From NCBI GenBank assembly GCA_900088475.1, contig FLMG01004575.1, forward strand, positions 7,683 to 71,682: a DNA stretch of 64,000 nucleotides, given 5' to 3'. Of this stretch, positions 35,860 to 46,593 are shown one piece after another. Below the pieces are notes generated by a model. That model was not told the origin of the DNA, made no database searches, and saw only the letters and a list, made by a program, of their open reading frames with translations. Origin of the DNA: Hyphochytrium catenoides (Eukaryota > Protista > Hyphochytriomycota). The number at the start of each line of letters is the position of its first letter. The first letter of the stretch is position 1. A program made the translations under genes and the position numbers.

Positions 35860-38370
35860 ATGCAGACCTCGGTCATGAGAGGTCTAAAGCTATCAGGTAC
35901 CTGAGACAATGGCCTGCAGACTGAAGTTACCCACTTACCCACTTGGTTCTGATACATCGTCGGCTCGTCGCAGATATAAATCCACGGATAGAGGCCCTTG
36001 GCCACGATGTGGCCAGCCTCGGACAATATCTGACTTCACTTAGTGAATCAACGGAGCCACAGCTTACAGAGGTACTCTCCTACGTCGTGAAGGAGCACAA
36101 GATTAAGTATCAGGTAAGTCTAGGCATCAGCCAAGGTGATGTCGCTTTGGAAGCTACAAGTAAATCTGATACCGAAATTGATAGGAGGAAGATAAGGACA
36201 AGTGGCTACTGACATTCATATCCTCTCTGGTTCTGATGCTGAAGGAGGGGCTGGAGGTTAAGGTAAGAGCTCTCTGTGGAGTGTACCTACCCCCACCTGA
36301 GAGTAAACACTACGATGGCCAACGGTTATATGTCGCAGGATGATGTCGTCAGAAAGGAGGTTGTGCAGCATGTACATGGCTGGTTTGCACATAAAGTGAT
36401 GCGGTTTGAGGTAACTGACTCTATTTCTTACCAAGCCCTTCTATGGAGTCCACACTTATAAGAACCGAACAGGCCATGTTTGGCGGCGACAGGGCATGGC
36501 GCCTCAGTCTCGGGGGAAAGCCAGAGAGTAGCAATAATGACCCCTTGATACCGTTAGGAAGAGTCAGCTCTAGGTGAAAACTACTGGACAACTTAGAGCT
36601 CTTTAGGACGTCTACTCACTCTTGGCTCCCGTTCAGTACGCCTCAAGTGGTTCACGGAGATCAGAAAGCACCACTTACAACCAGTCTAGGAGCGTCGTTC
36701 AAGGTTCTCAACCGCTCCTTCGCCGAGAGGGCAGCGACTTACCAACAGCGCAGCCTGCGAACGTCTAAACTTAGACGAGAGCTGAACGCTCTTAGAAGCC
36801 CAGAGGATGATCACGAAGGACCAAATGGGGAAACTGATGGGACAAGCTATGAGAAAGCTTCATCAACACAGCCCATGGGCTCTAGATTCGCATCTAGCCC
36901 CAAGGCTACTGATGAATCTTCTTCTGGCCAAGGGAGCTTAACGTATCCAGTCGCCACAGAAAGAGTCAAGGTAAGTCTACTTCTGCGCTACCGGTTAAAC
37001 ACGCCGCCGAGACGGATTTCATGCCTCACATCATGTTCACCGCAGACCGGACAGCTTATACATACAGATGTTACCGCTGCGGAGGTAGGCGTGACGAGGA
37101 GCCTATTACTTTCGGCATTCTCACTTCTTTCACTTTTGTAGGCTAATCTTCATAAAGTTTGGTTTGACCACCGGATAGAAGACCTAGCGGAGAGTCAGAA
37201 TAAAGGTAGGTAATTACTTATGCGCTGCATGAAAGAACACTTCGTAAGCGTAGCTGCACAGAGGATGTTCACCGAGCCCTGGGTCGTTGGTCTACTGCAA
37301 GGAGCAGACTAGACGCCGAAATAGCGAGGCGACAGGTAGATCCTGAAGCCCTCAAATAGACTTTGCCCTTGTACTGAAACCCTTACTTGTCTTTTCCTTC
37401 CAAACCTATTCAGGAAGCTACACATGTAACAATGAAGGTCATGAGCCCACGGGCGGCAGAGAGCTATCGCAGTAGTGTAACCCCGTCCTCGCCATCAAAG
37501 AGCCCAAAGTCTAGAAGCGTTGTGCATCCGGGAGAGACTCTTGTGCAGTTCGAGGCACAAGAAATTTCAAGTAAGAGTTCGTACCACTGCTTCTTCGGGC
37601 AAAGGAGCGCTAATTTCCTTTCCCTTTTTGCCAGGAGCTACTTATTGCGACCCTGCTGAGAGCTCACTCGTCGACTTAGAGAGCAAACGACACCCTACGG
37701 TGGCAAATGTCGAAGCTCTTGAGAAGGCCGTCAAGGAAAAAAATGCGGTGGTGGTAGATATGGATGCTGCAGTCAAGCCCACCAAAGCTCCTTCCAAACA
37801 GTCCTCCACCACTGCTGCCACAAAAGAAGCGAAATCAGAGCCCCCTCCTTTTGTCTCGTCCTATGTAAGACCGTGCAACGACGTGGCTGTTTGTTGTTCT
37901 CCATGTACCTTAAACAGTGTCTCTGACTCATCCACAGGTAAACTCAACGGGGAAACTTATGGTACGAAGCAAGGTCGCAGAGCTGACGAGGGAGACGGAC
38001 GAAGAGATTAGTCGGATAGCGTCATCGTTTGACAAGTATGGGCTTTCCGTTAACAAGGACTTATTAGATAGGTAAGAGAGGGTTTGCTCACTGCTATCAA
38101 TGCAAAGATGTGAGGAAGGCTTAACCTGGAACTCCTCGCAAGGGCATTATCTATACCTGAAAGCAGGCCAAAGGTAGAGAGCGTTCGAAACTTGCCCTTA
38201 CCAGACCATAGGCTGCGGCAGAACCCTGCCCCTCCAGCTCAAAAGAAGGTAAGACAGCTCCCACCGGCGGTGTTCGTGATGCTTGGCAGCTAAGCTAATA
38301 CTACTTGCGGCAGGGCAAAAAGAAATCTTCAAAGAAAGGGGGGAAGAAGAAGAAGAGTGCCAAGAAGTGA
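35860..38370 (+). CDS. Hypothetical multi-exon protein with a Lys-rich C-terminus
   Basis: Consistent GT-AG exon chain ending SRIASSFDKYGLSVNKDLLDRALSIPESRPKVESVRNLPLPDHRLRQNPAPPAQKKGKKKSSKKGGKKKKSAKK*. Confidence 0.6.
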
Positions 38371-39658
38371 GGCATTCTAGAAGTTGTGAGTCAGCATTCT
38401 CACAACAACCCAGACGGAGTGGCACAGGCAGCCCGCGGTTGGCTGTTATAACATGAATATAAACCTGTTGCCATGCACCACTCTGTAACCATCTGGCGCA
38501 CCATAGAAGCAACGAGATGCCACTACGGCTGTAGTTGCCTTGCGTGGTTCAGCGTCATTTTCAGTCCGAGTCAGTATTCAGTCAAGATTAGCTCGTTCGC
38601 AGCTGTACTAGGCACCTCTCAGTGGCGAAGAGGAGGTGGACGAGGGACACGCCCTAGACGGTATTGCCATCTCTACTGGGTGCCAAGGAAAAGAGAAGGG
38701 AGGAGTAGGTGATAAGACAAGCTGTACGCAACCCTTCTGCCTGGAACGAAGACTATGAATCTACTTAAGAAAGAGGTCATATCTGTGGCCGCATTGAAGC
38801 TCTCTCATTGCTGCGATGGCCCACCCTACAGACCCAAGCTGGCCTAAGTAGACCTGGAGCGGACAGTCCGTTTATAAGGATTGAAATCTTTGTGCACTAA
38901 ACTGACCCAGCTGTAGGGATGAGCTGATGGTCTTCTTTACCTTCATTCTTAGCCGACTGTACACCCGAACAGACAGAGTTCACTTGGCTAGAAATGAGGG
39001 CCCGTAACGATGTCATGGCTTGATCATCTAGGTCCGCAATGCGGAATAGGGTATAAGGTACGTACCACTGCTCGTCGTAGCTTTCTAGGAGGTTTTTCCA
39101 TCAGAGTTCTCAACCTCACATCAGCAGTTGGAGTCGCTAAAAGCTGTCGGTAAGGCAGTTGTGCATGTCAAAGGGTGGGAAGTAAGAAGTAACGTAAAGC
39201 ACGACAAAAGAGTGATGGAGTCGTACTAGCCGGTAACTACCTTCCCCTTCTACGAGTACGAGTTGTACGAACTACATCTGTCACTCGGACGAGAGAGACC
39301 CTCAGCTTGAAGATCTGCCTCAAGCGATGCAGAATGCCTGCTCGTCTCATTTATTAGCCAGGCTGTAAGAGTACCTGGCCTGTCTGTTCATTCCCATCCT
39401 TGACCTTCTTCCAGAGCTAGCCTACCGGGTCAATAAGCCTCTAGTGCAGTTCTTCTTGGGCAAGAAGGGGTTGGCAACAGAGTACCGCAGCCTCATTCTT
39501 ATCTGATCTGCTTCTTCAGAGTGCCACTTCCGCAATGAGTATTTAAGAGAAATTACCTCATCAGGGTGATGAAGAAAGGCCTCCCATTGAGCTCTTCTGT
39601 TTCTTCAGCTGGATTGCTGTCTAGCACACGTATGCGGCCTGACAAGTAGAGTTACAAT

Positions 39659-41404
39659 ATGGGAGCGGAGAGACAACAAGGCAATAATACTGCTGAGGAG
39701 GAGATGGAGGAAATTGACGGCGATACTGGACCACCTTCCGCTGAGGATCTTGTCATGGTATGCTAGTCTGGTCGTACACTGTTCCTGACTCAATGCTGAT
39801 TCCTGGGAGCAGGAGCAGGAGCTACGGTCGTTCTTAGTAGGTTCTTTCAAGCCTGGCGTAGTCCGGCTATGTGCCCTGCTGATTGACGCTTTCGGGATAC
39901 TGGCACCCCACTCGACCTCAAGACATTTTGTGTTTCCTGTAAGTCCTGGAGGGAAGAAGCTCATGATGCCGCCAGCCAATCCATCACCACCTCAGGCCCA
40001 ACCGCTGGCAGCACAGCAGGGCATGGCTTCACAACAAGCTACCTTGTCCAAGGATATACCTCCTCCAGGTCTACCTACACCGCCGCCCGCGCCCACCGCC
40101 CCTTTAAGCACCCGCACCGCGTCGTCCTCATCGATGAAGTTTGTTCGAGTATTTGAGCAGCTTAGAAGTGGCTCTCCTGCAAGGTACCACCCAGAAACTT
40201 CTAGCGGCGCAATCTCTCCTGCTATGCGGTCAGCTCAGCTTGCTCAAGGGATCCATCGACTGGATAGCCAGAAGTTGAGAGGATCTCTGCAAGTTGAGGT
40301 GGGTGCAAGCGAATGTGGACATAACAAACCATTACCTTTCATTCACTCCGTTCATTCTGTGGCAGTGTGGCAAGGTAGTCGGTGGCGAGCTTGAGGTTAG
40401 GCTTCAGAAAGCTCGTAATCCTCTCTTCAGGACTACGTAAGGAAGACAAACGCAATTATCCATTTTCCTTGGGACATGGTTCTTTGAGAGCCATCCTTGA
40501 CCCTCTTGAATACTCCCTTCCATGCACTGCTGGCAGACACATTGCTAACGTAGCCCCTTTCCCGCACTCCTCTAGGATAACGAAGCCCATTGTCCTGGAC
40601 CAGCTGCTATATGCTTTACGAGCTGTCCAGAGCGCGTTGTTAGAGCTTCATCCTTGGAAAACTCTTCTTTCTGAGGGCTCCACTACTGCGTGGAAACACA
40701 CTGATCTTCCTAACTCTCCAGAGGATCCCACTATAGAGGATCAGCTTCTACAACTAGCTGCAGACTTGCAAAAGGCTGACTTGGTACATGCTCTAGAAGT
40801 GAGTGTGATATTTTCCAAACATGTAAACTCTTCTTGCACTCTTCCACCAGACGCTGGCTGCCGTTATTAAGCAAGTTAGAGAAGCCATTCGTGCTTTAGA
40901 GGTTCCCAACTCTGGGACACTATTCCCAAGCTCGATTTGCTTTCAGCTGGAGACCAATCCTCCTCTTCCGAGCGATACAGTGCTAGATTTTTCAGTGCAG
41001 CGCGGTCATCTGGTAAAAGCTGATGTACGGGAAATTCCTCCACAAGTTGGTAACGACAACAACTCTCTTTCTAATCTTTATCAGGCTGTGAATGCTTATG
41101 CGATCTCAGAAACTAATTTGAAAGGAGCGGTAAAGCAGCAGTCTGATCTTACGACAGGCAAGCTTGTCGGAACTTCAGTGTAAGTTGCAGGTCGCATGGT
41201 ACTAGACTGCTATTGCGCCGTGCCTAACCTCGAGCTTCTGTGCGAAGACTATATAGGGATGCCATTGTGGATGTTTTGGAGCACGGGAGAGCTACTTCCA
41301 GCATCCCGGAGGTCGACATTGCACTCAACAGCCTCACCTCTGTCATGCAGGAGATTGGAGAGCTAAAAGCCTCCAGCTCTCCTTTATTGAAGACAATAAA
41401 GTAG
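39659..41404 (+). CDS. Rogdi/Rav2-like protein (RAVE/rabconnectin-3 V-ATPase assembly subunit), tentative
   Basis: Order of segments resembles Rogdi: EQELRSFL helix, KLRGSLQV strand, IVLDQLLYA, NPPLPSDTVLDFSVQRGHLV, and C-terminal SIPEVDIALNSLTSVMQEIGELK. Contains a Pro/Ser insert. Confidence 0.45.
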
Positions 41405-42604
41405 AGCTGGATAGGTAGACGGAGCCCAGTCACTGGCTAGCGCTCTCCTCTGCGCAGATAGCTCAAACGAACCCAAAGCAATGCCTCTTTTTATTCATTG
41501 GTGGTAAACAAGAATCCTGCGTCTATGTTTTTTTATTCTCAGCGCTGACACGTCGGGGTATATAGTACAATCCTGCATTGATCATAGGCATCCGGAGGTG
41601 TCCGAGTAATACATAGTTCTCCTCCACCTGCATGTGACGCATTGACAGACTGATAAGAACTTGTGGGAGTGAAAGGCCACCTCTATCAGTGGCATTTTTC
41701 CAGGAGTTCTTCAAGTGTATCGGAATAGTTGGGCGTACGGACCAACGGCCAACTCTGCCAGATGATCATGCCAACCTCAGTTCGGGCGCCGGCGCACCTC
41801 TGGGTTCGTCCTCCTCGAAGGTACGTCTCTAGAGTGGACCAACGGGGTGTATCGTACCTGGCCTAAAAACCAACCTTCCGACTTGTGCCATACGATTTGT
41901 TCTTTACCAAAGACAATTAGTTGGCGGCATACCAGGCTTGAATAGAAGTAGGGCGTACTTAATAACCCCATCCTACCTACTTTGCTGCACCAGCCTCATG
42001 TGCCTTGGCTGTGTGCCAAGAAGACTATTGCCATGTGGATCACGAACCGAAGATCGGACCTTCTGACCAGCTTCGAGCTCTAAGAACGAGGAACTAGCTT
42101 CTCGAGGATGAGAAATGAGGAGGATTGCGCACTGACCGTGATGACAGCCCAATAAGAAGCCATCATGTAGCCTCTAACGGCTATCTCCGCCTCCTTTTGA
42201 GACTCGACAAGTCCTGTATCGTGTAACGCACCAATTGCTCGCCATCAGGAAGATTCGGAATGGCCTTACAGAAGACCTTTACTATTCTAAATAGATAAGG
42301 GCGAAGCAGCGAAGGAAGCGTCCAAAACAGCCAAGGAAAGTTGGCGCGAGGCGGCACTGCACAGTCCACACAGCGGCAAGGAACAGCATCAAGCTCATCA
42401 GCTCAATCAGCTTCGCGGTGGGCAGCTGCCCAGACGTCGATCATAGTTCTGAGAGAAGGAAACATCGCCCACACTTGCCACTTATTTGCCGCACTATCTA
42501 AAGCACCAAGATCGATGCCAACAGAACCTAGCTTGGCAGTTCCTTGAGTTCTCTCTTTCTTTTTGTCCAGTTAGCGACGTGTGTTCGCTCTACTGTTGGG
42601 ACCA

Positions 42605-44428
42605 ATGGCTTCGTCCATTCCCATTGACCGAAGGCGAAAGCGGCGTTTAGAGTATGCTGGTCGCAAGCTGATTGTCGTCGTTGGGTTAGCTTTCGGTTCA
42701 TTTGGCAGAGATTCTTATGGGGAACACACAGTGCCTCCCCTGCGGTGGGACACGCTTCCACCAAAGTCTAAAACGGTCATTCCGAACTCTATAAACCGAA
42801 TCGTTCTCAAGAGTGACTGGAACGCTGCGACAAGTTGTTATGGAAGGTTCTACCTAAACGGGAGGGAGTTATGGTTGAGTGTAGACACAGTCTCCCCTGA
42901 TACCTGGGCAAAAAGTACTTCCTCAGAAGTGTTCACTATTCCCGCTAAGGACTGCTGCAAAGGAAAGTGCTGTACCCGGCAGGCCCCTTGTAGGCAGTGG
43001 CGGTCGTACAAGCAGATTCTCTCAAAGTACTTTTACCTTCCAGACTCTGGCTACGACGTTGAGTTGGCAGAAGGCGGAGCTTGCTCCTACATAATAGATA
43101 ATTTAGATGGGATTGTTCAAGTCTCTGCTGCCCAAACCGAGATGAGTCTGGTGAACCCCACGCAACCACTTCTCGACGAAGAACCGTCCGATACCAGCTT
43201 GGGAGTAGACATGCAGATCGGCAGCTACGTCTCTGGCAACTCCCTGTACGCGTTCGACGGCGTGGCTGGGCTCGGTCTTTCCAAACGGTCCCTAGTCACT
43301 AGCCCGCGATTAGCGTCATGGTTCAAAAATTTTACTTTCCAGTTCTCTTCCAACTTCAACACTGGGAGCTTTCTTCACATTGGTCAAGAGCTTTCTTTTT
43401 TCCCTATAGAGGACAGGGGTATAACCTGGATACACGTTCCAGTTACCAAAGTCGATGGCGCCTTTAAGGACTGGGCAATGGAAGTTATGCAGATTTCTAT
43501 CGGCCGAGAGACCATGTATCTGGGTCCGGGATCGGATAGTTACGGGTTAGGCCACGACGATACGATTGAACCAATGTTGCCGCGACGGGACAAGGTCCGG
43601 CTCATTGCAAAAATATCGAGCTCCATTCCCTTCATTTCTCTCCCGTTTGAAATGTATGCTATACTCCAAAGGTACATTAGCACAAGCAACGAGTGCGGTA
43701 TATGCGAGGAGCTTGGCAACAGCAGAGAGTTTTTCTATATGTATGCCTGTGAAACTGTGTACCAGCTGCCAACTCTGAAGCTTACCATCAGAAATCCGAC
43801 GGATCCCACAGGTCTTGTTACCTTTTCCATCCCTCCCAAGGCCTACACCCAGACTGGACTATGCAGAGAGCATCCTAGCCATCATCTCATCACTGCGTAT
43901 CCAATAAGGTGCAATATGTCCAGCACGAATGTTACGGCAGACGGAACCGCTAACTGCGCTATTGAGCTTGGCATATCGTTCATGAGAGACTTTCCCTTCC
44001 TTCACTTCGATACCGGGGAAAGGCCAGGACCAGATGAAGAGAGTGAGGAAACCCCAACTATATCCTTCGGATGCTCAAACATGACGGTCTCGAAGTGGGA
44101 AAACATCACAACGAAAACCTGTCATATCGATGGGTCAGGGGCACCAACCGTTCTCGACACTGCTAAGGTTATTGAAATCTCCACCAGTTTGCTGATAGAC
44201 CTTGTCGATATCAACTTGGTACCGCAGTCAATGACTTCGACAGTATGGTATGTCGCGCAGCACGGCCTATTGGTTATTGGGCTGTATACTCTAATAAGCG
44301 CTCTGGTCATCTCCTTCCTCTACGTCAAACCTTGCGTGGCAAACAGGCTTGCCCGACGCAAAGTGGTGGAGGCAACGGGGGAATGTAGCCCAAATAGTGT
44401 CAACAGGGAGGAACAGAGTAATCTATAG
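42605..44428 (+). CDS. Intronless pepsin-like (A1) aspartic-protease homologue, membrane anchored, probably inactive
   Basis: YGRFYLNGRELWLSVDTVSPDTW, FDGVAGLGL, LPTLKLTI, FSIPPKAY and IELGISFMRDF mark the pepsin fold. N-terminal hydrophobic segment and C-terminal TM GLLVIGLYTLISALVISFLYV. First ATG at 42605. Confidence 0.8.
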   Translation: MASSIPIDRRRKRRLEYAGRKLIVVVGLAFGSFGRDSYGEHTVPPLRWDTLPPKSKTVIPNSINRIVLKSDWNAATSCYGRFYLNGRELWLSVDTVSPDTWAKSTSSEVFTIPAKDCCKGKCCTRQAPCRQWRSYKQILSKYFYLPDSGYDVELAEGGACSYIIDNLDGIVQVSAAQTEMSLVNPTQPLLDEEPSDTSLGVDMQIGSYVSGNSLYAFDGVAGLGLSKRSLVTSPRLASWFKNFTFQFSSNFNTGSFLHIGQELSFFPIEDRGITWIHVPVTKVDGAFKDWAMEVMQISIGRETMYLGPGSDSYGLGHDDTIEPMLPRRDKVRLIAKISSSIPFISLPFEMYAILQRYISTSNECGICEELGNSREFFYMYACETVYQLPTLKLTIRNPTDPTGLVTFSIPPKAYTQTGLCREHPSHHLITAYPIRCNMSSTNVTADGTANCAIELGISFMRDFPFLHFDTGERPGPDEESEETPTISFGCSNMTVSKWENITTKTCHIDGSGAPTVLDTAKVIEISTSLLIDLVDINLVPQSMTSTVWYVAQHGLLVIGLYTLISALVISFLYVKPCVANRLARRKVVEATGECSPNSVNREEQSNL

Positions 44429-45853
44429 TACAAAACTAGAGTAACTTTCACGAACATGTTCTTGGCCCATTGCACCCGTCACGTTTTTTATCCCTATGGA
44501 ATAAGTTCGACAGCAAGTCTGCGGGTTTAGTGTTCGTAGAGGTCTCTCCATCTTATTGATTAGGTTACATAGGCAAGAAGACAGCCTAGCTGTATGGCAC
44601 ATGGCCGTGCGGACCAAGGACAGCCTTTTACCTGAGAGAGCCGCCGGGCGGATAGTCTTGACTCCCTCGAACTCACCTGCTCCCAGGAAGAAGCCTTTGA
44701 GTCAACTTATGACCTTTCAGCGAAGAGATTCTCGTTCTGTTCTTCTTCTCTCTCTTTCTTCCTTCCCTATTGCACTAGCAGACCTTATGGCTCTCAGCGT
44801 TCTCCTTGCTCCACCTTTGTCTTTGTGTACCTCAGGTAGATTGTCTTTGATAGTCCGTTGAGACTTCTTTACTCATGATACTCACTAATACACTTCTGAG
44901 AAAAGTTTGTAATCGATGCGCTGATGGTCCTTGCACCGCTTGGCTGAACTGGGCCTTTCGGCAGACTCTCGCCAATAGAAAAAGTCCTCTTCTACCTGGC
45001 TCTCCATCTCCTCCCTTATATTAATAACAGTCTAGTACCCTCTCTCATGACACCACCCTCAGCCCTTATTAGGCGTTATAGAGGCTTTACTTCGAGTCTC
45101 TCTTCTGTTACTCGCTTTTGCTCTCTCTCCTTCCTCTCATTGCACTCAGAATCCTTGTAAAGGCCAGACGTGCTTTCTAGAAGAAGTTTGGCATCATGCT
45201 GATTTCTTTTTACCTAAAAAGTACCGTCATTTCTTGGTAGATGATCGCTCCATTCATGTGACCATGTGAGCCTTTGACCGTGAAATGTCGACGAAGCGTG
45301 AGGCTCTTCACACCGTAATCATTGGTAAGTAGAGAATCATTATTGGGTTTTTTGATGTTTACAAGCAGGGATGGCAACCGAAGAGAGGGTGAGGAACCTC
45401 AATCGGTCATTTCCTAGCAATTTGTTGCTGGAACAGGATTCCTTATTTCTGGAACAAATGAGGGAGCTATTCCCCATCAAGCAGCGTATTATCCATAATA
45501 ATATTGGCATGTTCTTGTTGTTGTGTCCTCCCAACTTTTTTGAATATTTCATTAGAACCATTCGAGAGATTGACCTAGAGAAACGTGGGAAATATTCCCA
45601 TGAAAATTAATAAATCCGAACTTTCTGGAAGGCCTCTGTTTCCTGTGCTGCTGTTGATGGTGGCGAGCGCTTCATGTCAACGCGGCAGTCGGCTCATCAA
45701 GCTCAAGATCAGAACTGCTGCCCAAGATCCTTTCTTGTCGCTGCAGATGGAGACAGCTCAGACCTTTTCTTTCTGAAACATCAACATACTGGGACCAAGA
45801 GGCCTCCATACACAGAGCAACTCACGTCGGTTTCCATTTTTGCTTATAAAATA

Positions 45854-46394
45854 ATGGTAAGTAGACTATATGCGGAGCTTGTAGTCGTTAAAGTTCATGG
45901 GCTCCTTGACTTCTATGGACTATGTGAAGAGGGAACTCGTACTTATCTTGTCACTCTCCTTTCTACAGTCCACTCTTGCAAGAAGACTGATTCCTCTTGG
46001 GGACAGAGTGCTAGTCAAGCGTGTAGAGGCTGCGGCAAAGGTTAGGAGAACTCCGGTCTGAGAGTATGTTAACACCTGACTAACACTCACTCTAACTATA
46101 CAAACAGACTGCTGGTGGCGTCTTCCTTCCAGATACAAAGAAAGAGCGCCAGAATGAAGGAGAGGTAGGGATCTGATCACAACTTCAGCGTTTTAATGAC
46201 TTAGCCGGACTTTCCTATAGGTAGTAGCCGTAGGTCCTGGTGCACGTTCAAAGGACGGCAATCTGATTCCTCCCTCCTGCCAAGTTGGAGACAAGGTTCT
46301 CTTGCCTGAGTACGGCGGAAGCCTCGTAAAAGTCGGAGAGACTGAGCTTCACCTTTTCCGTGATGAGGATATCCTAGCGAAGTTCGACAACTAA
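45854..46394 (+). CDS. HSP10: 10 kDa chaperonin (mitochondrial-type Cpn10/Hsp10), 4 exons
   Basis: M|STLARRLIPLGDRVLVKRVEAAAK|TAGGVFLPDTKKERQNEGE|VVAVGPGARSKDGNLIPPSCQVGDKVLLPEYGGSLVKVGETELHLFRDEDILAKFDN*. Missed by the ORF track because the exons are short. Confidence 0.95.
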
Positions 46395-46593
46395 GCTACA
46401 AATGAAGCTATTTGCCACAGCCGCGGACAAGCTGCTGTGCGTAGGTGTCGCAGACCCAATGAAACTCTCCACATAACCTTATCAATAGAAATAGTATGAC
46501 TCTATCTGAGGATGTCATCTCCAATTATACACTCTCAGCCAGTTTCTATGCTTAAGCTGAGATCAGCTCTGATCAGCTCTCATTAGGTTACTA

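Noticed and set aside
38440-39450. Small spliced gene on either strand
   Set aside because: Splice-like signals occur on both strands but give no consistent open exon chain.
41520-42470. Ion-channel pore-like peptide YMMASYWAVIT on the minus strand
   Set aside because: No TxGYG filter follows and the surrounding frames contain stops; chance or a heavily decayed fragment.
44620-45700. Charged minus-strand hypothetical gene
   Set aside because: Short E/R-rich frames could not be linked into a model.
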